Assembly: GCA_046052125.1 (NCBI GenBank)
Contig: JBJOMY010000002.1
Span: 384,001 to 448,000 of the forward strand
Direction of reading: 5' to 3'
Source of the DNA: Cyanobacteriota bacterium
GTDB lineage: Bacteria > Cyanobacteriota > Cyanobacteriia > PCC-6307 > Cyanobiaceae
DNA: 64,000 nucleotides
The notes under the pieces were generated by a model. That model saw only the letters and a program-made list of their open reading frames with translations, ran no database searches and had not been told where the DNA came from. This document shows positions 43,020 through 52,839 of this stretch, in pieces. Numbering within the stretch: the first letter of the stretch is position 1; the number at the start of each line of letters is the position of its first letter. Both the position numbers and the translations under genes were made by a program.

Positions 43020-44185
43020 GCACCGTCCAGCCTTCGGACCTACGCCTGCTGGTGTTCGCCCCGTCACGGCGTCGGGCTTCCGAAACCTTCATTCGCGCCA
43101 ACCTGCGCGGGTTGCCCTGCAGCACCACGGTGTATTGCGGCGATGAGTGGCCGTGGCGTGGCCCGCCGTTGCGGCTGGCCTACGGCCTGGCGGTGGGGTT
43201 GAGCAAGCTCCTCGATCGTTGCGGCTGGCAGCGGGCAGCCACCTGGATACCTAGCGTTGTGGCTACCTGGATCTGCCGCCACGAGCGCCCTTCGCTGGTG
43301 CTCGCAGAATTCGGTTTCCATGCGGTGCGGATCATGGAGCTGGTGCCGGCTACCGGTCTGCCGCTGGTGGTGCATTTCCGCGGCGCTGATGCCTCCTCGC
43401 AGCGTTATCTGGATCGCCTGGCCCACCGCTATCGGCGTCTGCTGGCTCTGGCATCGGCGGTGGTGGTGAAGTGCGAACCGATGGCGGCGCGCCTGCGGCA
43501 GCTGGAGCCCCCCCGGCCCTCGCCACTGCCGATGCTGGTGAGCCCCTCCGGAGCCAACGCTGAGCTGTTTGATGGCGGTGAGCCCGCCGCCGCACCGCCT
43601 TGCTTCCTAGCGGTGGGGCGATTTGTGGCCAAGAAAGGCCCGTTGATCACCCTGGAGGCATTCGCGATCGCTGCCCGCACCCGCCCCGAGCTGGAGCTGG
43701 TGATGGTGGGTGAGGGGCCGCTGCTCGAGCGTGCGCGGCGCCGGGCGATGGAGCTGGGCGTGGCCCGGAGTGTGCAGTTCGTCGGGGTTGAACCGCCGCC
43801 GCAGATCGCAGAACGTCTGCGCCACTGCCGCGGCTTTGTGCAGCACTCTCTTACCGGCCCGGATGGTGATCAGGAGGGCTCTCCGGTGGCCGTGATGGAG
43901 GCCCAGCTCAGTGGCGTACCGGTTGTGGCCACCCGCCATGCCGGGATCCCAGAGGTGGTGCTGGATGGCCACACCGGTCTGCTGGTAGACGAGGGCGACT
44001 GTGCGGCTATGGCGCTGGCGATCGGTCGATTGGCTGATGATCCGGCCCTGGCCGCTCGTTTGGGGGCTGCGGGCCGCGCCCGTGCCCTGGAGCAGTTCAC
44101 CGTGACCCACCATCTTCAAGCCCTGATGGATCTGTTCCAGCGTGTGGCAACCATGCCTAGGAGCAGCGATACCCTGCCTCGATGA
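43016..44185 (+). CDS. GT4 glycosyltransferase (WcaL-like)
   Basis: SETFI, HFRGAD, VGRFVAKKG and DQEGSPVAVMEA...TRHAGIPE. Confidence 0.9.
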   Translation: MSTVQPSDLRLLVFAPSRRRASETFIRANLRGLPCSTTVYCGDEWPWRGPPLRLAYGLAVGLSKLLDRCGWQRAATWIPSVVATWICRHERPSLVLAEFGFHAVRIMELVPATGLPLVVHFRGADASSQRYLDRLAHRYRRLLALASAVVVKCEPMAARLRQLEPPRPSPLPMLVSPSGANAELFDGGEPAAAPPCFLAVGRFVAKKGPLITLEAFAIAARTRPELELVMVGEGPLLERARRRAMELGVARSVQFVGVEPPPQIAERLRHCRGFVQHSLTGPDGDQEGSPVAVMEAQLSGVPVVATRHAGIPEVVLDGHTGLLVDEGDCAAMALAIGRLADDPALAARLGAAGRARALEQFTVTHHLQALMDLFQRVATMPRSSDTLPR

Positions 44186-46590
44186 GCTTCCTCGCCGGCC
44201 TCAACGACGCGCAGCGACAGGCAGTGGACCACCACCAGGGCCCCCTACTTGTGGTGGCCGGCGCCGGCAGTGGCAAAACGCGTGCCCTCACCCACCGCAT
44301 CGCTCATCTGATCGGTCAGCACGGTGTGGATCCGGCAGAGTTGCTCGCGGTGACGTTCACCAACAAGGCCGCCCGCGAGATGAAGGAGCGGCTGGAGCTG
44401 TTACTGGCCCAGAAACTCGCGCAGAGCCAATTCGGCCAGCCCTGGAGCACGTTGCCGCCGGTGGAGCAGCGCCAGCTGCGCTCGCGCATCTATCGCGAGG
44501 TGATCAAGGAGTTGTGGATCGGCACCTTTCACGCCCTGTTTGCGCGGCTGCTGCGCTTCGACATCGACAAGTTCCGCGATCCCGAGGGTCTGAGCTGGAC
44601 GCGGCAGTTCTCGATCTACGACGAGGGCGACACCCAGAGCCTTGTGAAGGAGATCGTGACCCAGGAGCTTGGGCTCGACCCCAAGCGCTTTGAGCCCAAG
44701 AAGGTGCGTTGGGCGATCAGCAGCGCCAAGAACCAGGGCTGGATGCCCGAGCAGTTGGAGGCGGATGCCGGCGGTCAGCGGGGCAAGCTGATGGCGGAGA
44801 CGTACCGGCGCTATCGGCGAGCGCTGGCCGCCAATAACGCGCTCGACTTCGACGATCTGTTGCTGTTACCAGTACAGCTGCTGCGCCAGAACGAGCAGGT
44901 CCGCCATTACTGGCACCGCCGCTTTCGTCATGTGCTGGTGGATGAATATCAGGACACCAACCGCACCCAATATGACCTGATCAAGCTGCTCGTCACCGAC
45001 GGGCGAGATCCCGATGTCTTCGACGATTGGGAGGGCCGTTCGGTGTTTGTGGTTGGCGATGCCGACCAGAGCATTTACAGCTTCCGTGCCGCCGACTTCA
45101 CGATCCTGATGGGCTTTCAGGACGACTTCGGGGATGGCGCGCCTGACGATGCCACCCGCACGATGGTCAAGCTGGAGGAGAACTATCGCTCCACCGCAAC
45201 GATCCTTGAGGCAGCCAATGCCCTGATTGCCAACAACACCGAGCGGATCGACAAAATCCTGCGCCCCACTCGCGGTGCGGGTGAGTTGATCACTGTCACC
45301 CGCTGTGATGACGAGATCTCCGAGGCGGAGGCGGTGGTGCACCGCATGCGCATGCTTGAGGCCGCCCATCCAGATCTGCGTTGGGGCGACATGGCAGTTC
45401 TCTACCGCACCAATGCCCAGAGCCGGGCGATGGAGGAATCGCTAGTGCGTTGGGGCATCCCCTACATCGTGGTGGGCGGGCTCCGCTTTTACGACCGACG
45501 CGAGATCAAGGATGTGCTCGCCTATCTCAAGCTGCTGGTGAATCCAGCCGACACGGTGAGCCTGCTGCGAGTGCTCAATGTGCCGAAACGCGGTATCGGT
45601 AAAACCACGATCGAGCGGCTCACCGATGCGGCCAATCAGCTGGGCATTCCGCTCTGGGAGGTGGTGCGCGACCCTGAAGCCGTGCGCAGCCTTGGCGGCC
45701 GATCCGCCAAGGGTCTGCTGCAGTTCTGCGAGTTGATCAACACACTCCAGGCGCGCTCGGAGCAGGCGGCGCCCTCGGAGCTGGTGCAGTTGGTGATGGA
45801 GCAGAGCGGCTATCTCACCGAGTTGATCGCCACTGGCACCGATGAGGCTGAAGATCGCCGCCGCAACCTCAACGAATTTGTGAATGCTGCTCTGCAATAC
45901 CAGGAGGAGAACGACGAGGGATCGCTGGAGGATTTCCTGGCCTCAGCCGCGCTCGCTAGCGATGCCGACAGCAAGGACACGGAGCAGGATCGGGTAACCC
46001 TGATGACCCTCCACGCCAGTAAGGGTCTTGAGTTTCCGCTGGTGTTTCTCGTGGGGATGGAGCAGGGGCTGTTCCCCAGCTATCGCTCGCTGGAGGATCC
46101 GGCGGCGCTGGAGGAAGAGCGCCGGCTGTGTTACGTGGGCATCACGCGTGCCAAGGAGCGGTTGTTTCTCTCCCACGCCAGCGAGCGGCGCCTGTGGGGT
46201 GGCATGCGTGAACCAGCCGTGCCATCGGTGTTCCTCTCGGAATTGCCGGAAGCGCTGGTGCAGGGTGATCTGCCCGGCAGCGGAGGTGCAGCAATCCGTC
46301 GTGAGCAGCGGCTCGATCGGCTCACGCGTGTTGATCGCGACGACAGCCGCCGCGTTCAGGAGGGGGGTGCCGCCGGTCAGCCAGCTAACGCGGTGCGCCG
46401 GCGCCTGGCAGGGCCCGCGGCCAGCAAGACCTGGGCCGTGGGTGATCGGCTGCTGCACAGCTCGTTCGGCGAAGGCCATGTGACTCACCTGTTCGGCAGC
46501 GGCGAGAAGATTTCGATCGCCGTGAAGTTTGAGGGGATGGGGCCCAAGATCCTTGATCCACGCTTGGCACCGATCGAGCCGTTGGCTTGA
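44182..46590 (+). CDS. uvrD: UvrD/PcrA DNA helicase
   Basis: AGAGSGKT, VDEYQDTN, VGDADQSIY, LEENYRS, TLHASKGLEF and EERRLCYVGITRA. Confidence 0.96.
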   Translation: MSFLAGLNDAQRQAVDHHQGPLLVVAGAGSGKTRALTHRIAHLIGQHGVDPAELLAVTFTNKAAREMKERLELLLAQKLAQSQFGQPWSTLPPVEQRQLRSRIYREVIKELWIGTFHALFARLLRFDIDKFRDPEGLSWTRQFSIYDEGDTQSLVKEIVTQELGLDPKRFEPKKVRWAISSAKNQGWMPEQLEADAGGQRGKLMAETYRRYRRALAANNALDFDDLLLLPVQLLRQNEQVRHYWHRRFRHVLVDEYQDTNRTQYDLIKLLVTDGRDPDVFDDWEGRSVFVVGDADQSIYSFRAADFTILMGFQDDFGDGAPDDATRTMVKLEENYRSTATILEAANALIANNTERIDKILRPTRGAGELITVTRCDDEISEAEAVVHRMRMLEAAHPDLRWGDMAVLYRTNAQSRAMEESLVRWGIPYIVVGGLRFYDRREIKDVLAYLKLLVNPADTVSLLRVLNVPKRGIGKTTIERLTDAANQLGIPLWEVVRDPEAVRSLGGRSAKGLLQFCELINTLQARSEQAAPSELVQLVMEQSGYLTELIATGTDEAEDRRRNLNEFVNAALQYQEENDEGSLEDFLASAALASDADSKDTEQDRVTLMTLHASKGLEFPLVFLVGMEQGLFPSYRSLEDPAALEEERRLCYVGITRAKERLFLSHASERRLWGGMREPAVPSVFLSELPEALVQGDLPGSGGAAIRREQRLDRLTRVDRDDSRRVQEGGAAGQPANAVRRRLAGPAASKTWAVGDRLLHSSFGEGHVTHLFGSGEKISIAVKFEGMGPKILDPRLAPIEPLA

Positions 46591-47475
46591 TTAACGCCGG
46601 CACCAACGATGGGCCGTTGGCCAGAGGTTGGCTAAGTCGGCCTCTGGGAGGCGTTGGGCGACAGCCGCATAGGTGCGCGCTTGCCAGCCCCCTAGGGCGT
46701 CGAGCACATCGTCCGGGATGGTTGTTGTTGTGCGGCTGCGATTCACCTGTTCATCCCAGTTGGGTTCGCGGTAGGGAATCCCCAAGGCGCGGCAGAGCGC
46801 GCCGTAGGTCTCTGGAGTGAACAGGGTTTCGTAAAAGCCGATGAAGCAGTGACCCAAGCCGAAAGCTTCATCCAGCTGAGCCAATGTTTGCGCGTAGTTA
46901 CCGCGTAGCTCGGCGCTGCTCGGGCGCTGGCTGGCCAGTTTGCGCAGTGCCGAAACTTCCGTTGTCGCATCACGCTGGCCCAATTTGCGGCATTTCATGC
47001 GTTGCTTGGAAATCAACCGTTCAATCGGATCGCGCATCAGAAACACGGGGCAAACCCGGATGCCGCGCCGATCAAACTGCTCGCGAATGCTGCGTAACGC
47101 GCTGGCGGGCAAGGCGGCATAGGAGGGGGTGATGTCACCCGTGAGCGCAATGCCGGGTCGTTGCAGGATGGTTTGAAAATAGTTGTAATAGCGGGCCGTA
47201 TCACCCATCAGCCAACGCCGTCTGAGGCTGCGTGGGCCGAAGGTCCAACGTCTGCCACGGCCGTAGTTGGCGAATGCATCCACGTGCAGAGCGTCGTGAA
47301 TGTGATACTCCTTCAGAAAACCAAAATGCGCATCATCCCGCCGGTTGAGTTGTTGATGCAGCCAGGATGTGCCGGCTTTCTGTGCACCAACGCCCAGTAG
47401 AAAGGTGCCGGCGTTTCTGCTGTTGGATCGGGGATCCAGGTTGCATGGATCCGAGAGATGGTCGGGTGCTGGCAT
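46591..47475 (-). CDS. Sulfotransferase
   Basis: LGVGAQKAGTSWL, KEYH, GDITPSY and MRDPIERLIS motifs. Confidence 0.87.
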   Translation of the reverse strand: MPAPDHLSDPCNLDPRSNSRNAGTFLLGVGAQKAGTSWLHQQLNRRDDAHFGFLKEYHIHDALHVDAFANYGRGRRWTFGPRSLRRRWLMGDTARYYNYFQTILQRPGIALTGDITPSYAALPASALRSIREQFDRRGIRVCPVFLMRDPIERLISKQRMKCRKLGQRDATTEVSALRKLASQRPSSAELRGNYAQTLAQLDEAFGLGHCFIGFYETLFTPETYGALCRALGIPYREPNWDEQVNRSRTTTTIPDDVLDALGGWQARTYAAVAQRLPEADLANLWPTAHRWCRR

Positions 47476-47520
47476 CGCTTCAGCCTACGGTTGAAGCATG
47501 GTTGGGGTTGTTCCCTGCTG

Positions 47521-48387
47521 ATGGGTCTGCCCAAGTTGCTGTTGATCCGTGGCCTCGGCCACAGCGGCACCACGATTTTGGATCTCGCTTTGGGAGCGCA
47601 TCCGCAGATCGTGGGTTTGGGAGAAGCCGCGCGCATCCTGGAGAAACCCAGGCCGGGTGAGGAGCAGCGGGGGCCTGCACGGTTGCGGGCGGAGCTGCAG
47701 CACCAGCGGATCTGCACGTGCGGGCTCACGGCGGATCGGTGCCCTGTGTGGGGCGAGCTGCTCACCTGGCTGCCCCAGCACGATCACCTGCCTTTGCCCA
47801 GCAAGTTCGAACGGCTGATCCAGGCAGTGCAAGCCCATGCCCAGCAACAGGCTGAGCCGGTGGAGTGGTTGGTGGATTCGTATCAGGACGACCTGGTGCT
47901 GCCGTTCGCCGCGCTGCCGGACCTGGATGTGCGGGTGCTGTTTCTGGTGCGCGATGTGCGCTCCTGGGTGCATTCCCGGACCCGCGATGGCCGCAACAAG
48001 GGCAAGGCCCTGCCGGCGACCCGTGCCTTCCTGCGCTGGGTTCGCCTGAATCAGCGCTTCGAGGCCAAGTTGAAGCTGTGCGGCAAGCCGCTGTTCCACC
48101 TCGGCTATGAGGAACTGGCGCTGGCCCCGGAGCGCGCCTTGAGCAGTGTGTGCAGCTGGCTGGGGCTGGAGTTCTCGGCATCGATGCTCACGCCGGGCCC
48201 CTGCTCCACCAGCCACATCCTGGCGGGCAATCGCGTGCGCTTCGATCCCACCCGAAGCCGCGCCATTTGCTACGACGCCTCCTGGATGCAAGGCTCTGGC
48301 TGGCCTGCCTCCATCGCGATGGGCTGGCCCGGCCTGGCAGCGCTCAACCGCCGCCTGGTCTATGCCAACGGCTGGCTCAGCAAGTGA
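47521..48387 (+). CDS. Sulfotransferase
   Basis: IRGLGHSGTTILD, GLGE, LVRDVRSWVHS and YEELALAPE...WLGL. Confidence 0.85.
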   Translation: MGLPKLLLIRGLGHSGTTILDLALGAHPQIVGLGEAARILEKPRPGEEQRGPARLRAELQHQRICTCGLTADRCPVWGELLTWLPQHDHLPLPSKFERLIQAVQAHAQQQAEPVEWLVDSYQDDLVLPFAALPDLDVRVLFLVRDVRSWVHSRTRDGRNKGKALPATRAFLRWVRLNQRFEAKLKLCGKPLFHLGYEELALAPERALSSVCSWLGLEFSASMLTPGPCSTSHILAGNRVRFDPTRSRAICYDASWMQGSGWPASIAMGWPGLAALNRRLVYANGWLSK

Positions 48388-49463
48388 TGCAGGGCCTGAG
48401 GGTCGCGGTGGTGGGCGAAGCCCCAGTAGGGCTCGAGCAGCTGCCGTAGCTCTTTGCTCGTTTGCTCGGGTGCTGCGTCCCTGCGCTGCAACACCTGCTG
48501 CAGTGCATTGCTCAGCCGTTCGCGCTCCCGCCATTCCGTCGCCTCGCGAGCGGCCTGATTGGCGCTGAGCGCTGAGAGATTTTGTTCTGCTGGGTGATTA
48601 AGCCAGTGGATGGATTTGTCCAGGGCCACGGCGTAGCCCAGGTGGGTGCCGAATGCGTTGCTCGCCAGCCCATCGCTGAGCTCCAGCAGTGTGCGCAGGC
48701 TGTCGAGAAACCAGGGGTTGGAGCGGTGGCCGTTGCAGGCCACGATCCAGGAGGGGGGCAGGGGCAGCGCAGGCGGATCCTGCCAATGGCGCAGCCAGAT
48801 CACGCTGCGATAGCAGTGGCGCTGGCTCAGAGCCTCGACGGCTGCGATGCAGGCTTGGTCATCGCTGTTCCGTTGCACCCGGTCCCAGCTGTGGGCCAGT
48901 ACCACCAGCAGCGTTTTGCCCAGCTGCTGCCGGCGCTCCGCCAGCTCAGCGCCCTCCAGCAGCGGCCTGGCATAGAGGATCCAGGGCCCGATCGCTTGGG
49001 CTTCGCAGCCATAACGCTCCCGAAGCCAGCGGGCCCGCAGTGGCCCCATGCACAGGTAGCCGCCACGGGCCCAGCGGCGCGGTGTTTCGAACTGCGCCTC
49101 CTCAGACACCTTCAAGCCGTGCTCCAGCAGGAAGGGCAGCGGTCTGCCCACCAGGGGCAGCTGCCCATGGCGTTTGAGCTGGATGTCGTGGCCGTAATGG
49201 TGGGAGGAGCCTTCCCGTTCACGTTGGCTTGGGTTGAAAAAGGCCGGTAGGCCAGCGGCGCTCCTGAACTGGCCGCCGCTCCACACATCGGCCACCACCT
49301 CGGGGCGCAGCGGCGCCTGTCGCCAGGCCTGCTGCACCAGCCCGCGATAGGCCGCGAGCCCCTGCCACTCGCTGGGTTCGGCCCGCTCGCCCAGGATCTG
49401 TCGACGCCAGCTGCGTTGGTGCCAGCCCAGCTCCCGCCTCAGCCGGCGCCACCGCTCAAGCAT
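48360..49463 (-). CDS. Hypothetical protein, possibly a GT-B glycosyltransferase
   Basis: Overlaps the kdsA stop; contains [17 protein letters not shown] and a C-terminal [19 protein letters not shown]. Confidence 0.7.
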   Translation of the reverse strand: MLERWRRLRRELGWHQRSWRRQILGERAEPSEWQGLAAYRGLVQQAWRQAPLRPEVVADVWSGGQFRSAAGLPAFFNPSQREREGSSHHYGHDIQLKRHGQLPLVGRPLPFLLEHGLKVSEEAQFETPRRWARGGYLCMGPLRARWLRERYGCEAQAIGPWILYARPLLEGAELAERRQQLGKTLLVVLAHSWDRVQRNSDDQACIAAVEALSQRHCYRSVIWLRHWQDPPALPLPPSWIVACNGHRSNPWFLDSLRTLLELSDGLASNAFGTHLGYAVALDKSIHWLNHPAEQNLSALSANQAAREATEWRERERLSNALQQVLQRRDAAPEQTSKELRQLLEPYWGFAHHRDPQALHHLLSQPLA

Positions 49464-50265
49464 GGCTGGGGGCGAGGTTGCTGCCCAGGGCGCTGCGGAT
49501 CTCTAGCAGCTGCCGCAGCAGCGGCTCCAGCCGGTGCAAGGGCACCATGTTGGGCCCGTCGCTCAGGGCCTGATCCGGATCGGGGTGCACCTCCATGAAC
49601 AGCCCGTCCACCCCCACGGCCACGGCGGCCCTGGCTAAGGGCGCCACGAACTCCCGCTGCCCGCCGGTGCTCGTGCCCTTGCCGCCGGGCTGTTGCACCG
49701 AATGGGTGGCATCAAAGATCACCGGGCAGCCCAATTCCTGCAGCTGAGGCAGCCCCCGGTAATCCACCACCAGCGTGTTGTAGCCGAAGCTGCTGCCCCG
49801 CTCGGTGAGCCACAGGTTCTCCACGCCGGCCTCCCTCAGCTTCTTCACCACCTGTGCCATGTCCCAAGGGGCGAGGAACTGACCCTTTTTCACGTTGATC
49901 ACCTTGTCGGTGCCGCGGGTGGCCGCGGCGGCGGCCAGCAACAGATCGGTCTGGCGGCAAAGAAACGCCGGGATTTGCAGCACGTCCACCACCTCGGCCA
50001 CCGGCGCGGCCTGCTGGCTTTCGTGAATGTCGGTGAGCACCGGCAGCCCCAGCTTCTGCTTCACCTCGGCCAGCACCGCCAGTCCCTCCTCCACGCCGGG
50101 GCCGCGGAAGGAGCCGCCCGAGCTGCGATTGGCCTTGTCGTAGCTCGCCTTGAACACGTAGTGAATGCCGAGACGGTCGGTGATCGCCTTCACCTCCTCC
50201 GCCACCTGCAGCGCCAGGTCGCGGCTCTCAATCACGCAGGGGCCGGCGATCAGGGTGAGGGGCAT
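49456..50265 (-). CDS. kdsA: Kdo-8-phosphate synthase
   Basis: [32 protein letters not shown] and [11 protein letters not shown]. Confidence 0.97.
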   Translation of the reverse strand: MPLTLIAGPCVIESRDLALQVAEEVKAITDRLGIHYVFKASYDKANRSSGGSFRGPGVEEGLAVLAEVKQKLGLPVLTDIHESQQAAPVAEVVDVLQIPAFLCRQTDLLLAAAAATRGTDKVINVKKGQFLAPWDMAQVVKKLREAGVENLWLTERGSSFGYNTLVVDYRGLPQLQELGCPVIFDATHSVQQPGGKGTSTGGQREFVAPLARAAVAVGVDGLFMEVHPDPDQALSDGPNMVPLHRLEPLLRQLLEIRSALGSNLAPSHA

Positions 50266-50330
50266 GGGATGGGGCCTTACTGCGAGTCAATCCTGGTCCA
50301 TCAGACTGCCGGGAGCCGGAATGGGGTTGC

Positions 50331-50792
50331 GTGCAGTCATGCGGCGTTTGCCACCACCACAGCGACCCCGAGCAGCTGCGCTTGTATGAGATCGGCCGCG
50401 ACGCTCGCTGGCTGCTGCGTCATCACCCCGATCCCGCGCCTCTGCCCGGTTGGCTGTTGCTGGATTCCGTGCGCCATTTGGGCGGCCCAATGGAGTTCAC
50501 CGCTCAAGAAGCTGCGGAGTGGGGGCGGGTTGTGCAGCACGGTTCGCAGCTGGTGCAGCAGCTCAGCGGTTGTGAGCGCGTGTATGCCATCGCCTTTGGC
50601 GAGGGTGCGCGTCATCTGCATCTGCACCTGATTCCGCGCTTTGCCGCTGCCCCCGACACCGAGGCTTGGCGGGTGGCCGATCTCTATCGGGCCGTAGCCC
50701 AGGGCCAGGCCTCGGCCGCCGATCCCCTGGCTGTGGCGGCTCTGGTGGAGCGGGGGCGGGCGTTGTGGAGCCACTTACGCTCCCAGGCATGA
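50331..50792 (+). CDS. HIT-family nucleotide hydrolase
   Basis: N-terminal CxxC and the HLHLHLIPR histidine triad. Confidence 0.85.
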   Translation: MQSCGVCHHHSDPEQLRLYEIGRDARWLLRHHPDPAPLPGWLLLDSVRHLGGPMEFTAQEAAEWGRVVQHGSQLVQQLSGCERVYAIAFGEGARHLHLHLIPRFAAAPDTEAWRVADLYRAVAQGQASAADPLAVAALVERGRALWSHLRSQA

Positions 50793-51487
50793 CCCAGCCC
50801 ATCCCGATCTTCATCGGCTACGACCCGCGTGAACGGGCCGCGACCAATGTGCTGATCGACAGCCTCTATCAGCACAGCAGTGCTCCATTGGCGATCACAC
50901 CGTTGGTGACGCCCCAGCTGGAGGGCCAGGGGCTTTACCGCCGCGAACGGGATCCGAAGCAGAGCACAGCCTTCTCCTTCACCCGTTTTTTGGTGCCCCA
51001 TCTGATGGGCTACCAGGGCTGGGCCATCTTCATGGACTGCGACATGCTCGCCCGCGGTGATATCGCAGCGTTATGGGCACAGCGCGATGAGCAGTTCGCT
51101 GTGCAGTGCGTGCAGCACCAGCACAAGCCTGGCGAAACGGTGAAGTTCCTGGGCGAGGTGCAGAGCGCTTACCCCAAGAAAAACTGGAGTTCGCTGATGC
51201 TGTTGAACTGCAGCCGCTGCACGGCCCTCAGCGTGGATTACGTGAACAGCGCCACGGGCCTGGAGTTGCATCGCTTCCATTGGCTGTCTGGTGATCATGA
51301 GATCGGCTCCCTGCCGGAGGGTTGGAACCATCTGGTGGCGGTGCAGGATCCCGCCAAGGCCGATGGCGCGCCGCTGTTGCACTGGACCCTTGGGGGCCCC
51401 TGGTTCCGCGAGCAGCGCACCATGGGCGAGGGGCTGGCGGCCGAGTGGTTTGCCGCCCGCGATGACGCCTTCCGCCTGTGGGACTGA
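50789..51487 (+). CDS. Nucleotide-diphospho-sugar transferase (GT-A), plant CDI-like
   Basis: IFIGYDPRE, STAFSFTRFL, WAIFMDCDML (DxD), YPKKNWSS, LHRFHWL and HWTLGGPWF. Confidence 0.82.
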   Translation: MTQPIPIFIGYDPRERAATNVLIDSLYQHSSAPLAITPLVTPQLEGQGLYRRERDPKQSTAFSFTRFLVPHLMGYQGWAIFMDCDMLARGDIAALWAQRDEQFAVQCVQHQHKPGETVKFLGEVQSAYPKKNWSSLMLLNCSRCTALSVDYVNSATGLELHRFHWLSGDHEIGSLPEGWNHLVAVQDPAKADGAPLLHWTLGGPWFREQRTMGEGLAAEWFAARDDAFRLWD

Positions 51488-52260
51488 TGCAGAGCGTTGT
51501 GGCTGTTCCGGCTCGATTGGAGTCGAGCCGCTTGCCGGGCAAGGTGTTGGCGGATATCGGCGGCAAGCCGATGCTGCAGCGGGTGTTGGAGCGTTGTGCC
51601 GAAGCCACCACCCCGGCGGCGGTGGTGCTCTGCACCGACAGCCAGGACCTGGCGGATCGGGCGGCGGACTGGGGGTTTGCCGCACTGATCACCAGCGCCA
51701 GCTGCGCATCCGGCAGTGAACGGATCGCCTCGGTGGTGGAACAGCTCGTGGCCCGCGCGGGTGGCTCGCCTGCCGACACCCTGATCATCAATGTGCAAGG
51801 CGATCAGCCCTTCATCGATCCGCTAGTAATCGAGGCGATGGCCGGCCAGTTTGCGGAGCGTTGCCCCACACCCGAGGTGCTCACCCCCGTGTATCGGATG
51901 AGCCCCGACAAGGTGCACAACCCCAACTTGGTGAAAACCCTGCTGGCCGCCGATGGTCGGGCCCTCTACTTCTCCCGTTCGGCGGTGCCACATGTGCGCG
52001 GGGTGGAGCCGGAGCACTGGCATGCCCACACCACCTATTGGGGGCATGTGGGCATCTACGGCTACCGGGCCGATGTGCTGCAGCGTTGGCAGCAGCTGCC
52101 CCATTCACCCCTCGAGCAGATCGAGAAGCTCGAGCAGCTGCGGTTGATCGAGGCGGGAATTCAGATCGGCACCTTCCCGGTGGAGGGTGAATCGTTGTCG
52201 GTGGACACAGCCGAGCAGCTCGATGAGGCTCGCGCCATTGCTGGCGGCCTGGCGGCCTGA
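51487..52260 (+). CDS. kdsB: CMP-Kdo synthetase
   Basis: VPARLESSRLPGKVLADI, NVQGDQP, ALYFSRS, HVGIYGY and EKLEQLR. Confidence 0.95.
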   Translation: MQSVVAVPARLESSRLPGKVLADIGGKPMLQRVLERCAEATTPAAVVLCTDSQDLADRAADWGFAALITSASCASGSERIASVVEQLVARAGGSPADTLIINVQGDQPFIDPLVIEAMAGQFAERCPTPEVLTPVYRMSPDKVHNPNLVKTLLAADGRALYFSRSAVPHVRGVEPEHWHAHTTYWGHVGIYGYRADVLQRWQQLPHSPLEQIEKLEQLRLIEAGIQIGTFPVEGESLSVDTAEQLDEARAIAGGLAA

Positions 52261-52266
52261 GGACCG

Positions 52267-52839
52267 TTAGTCGTTGCGGTCGCGCCAGCCTTCGCGGCTC
52301 AGCTGCTGCCAGTGCCCGCGCACCCGCAGCAGCCGCTCCGCCAGCTCTCGCACCGCCCCGTGACCGCCGGGTCGAAGCAGCACGGCATCGGCCCGGCGCC
52401 GCAGGGGCAGTGCCGCATCGGCGGTGGCCACCAGCAGCCCCACCGCACCTTGCAGCGCCAGGTCGTTCACATCGTCACCCACGAAGGCGATCTGTTCCGG
52501 CGTCACGTTGAGCTGCTCCCGCAGGCTCGCCAGGGCGAGCGGTTTGTCCTTGGCGCCCACCAGGCAGTGGCGGATGCCCAGCTGCTGGGCGCGCACCTCG
52601 GTGGCACCGCCGCGGCCGCCGCTGAGAAAGGCCACCTCCAAACCGGCGTGCTGCAGCAGGCGAATGCCCAGCCCATCGCGCACATCGAAGCGTTTGATCA
52701 GTTCACCTGCCGGGCCATGCCAGAGCCCGCCATCGGTGAGCACGCCGTCCACATCGAGCACCACCACCTGGATGGGCCGCAAACGCCGGCGTTGCCACCA
52801 CCACAGCCAGCGCCACCAGAGCCTGCGCAGCCGTTGCAT
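52267..52839 (-). CDS. kdsC: Kdo-8-phosphate phosphatase
   Basis: LDVDGVLTDG, FDVRDGLG, FVGDDVND and GGHGAVRE. Confidence 0.93.
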   Translation of the reverse strand: MQRLRRLWWRWLWWWQRRRLRPIQVVVLDVDGVLTDGGLWHGPAGELIKRFDVRDGLGIRLLQHAGLEVAFLSGGRGGATEVRAQQLGIRHCLVGAKDKPLALASLREQLNVTPEQIAFVGDDVNDLALQGAVGLLVATADAALPLRRRADAVLLRPGGHGAVRELAERLLRVRGHWQQLSREGWRDRND

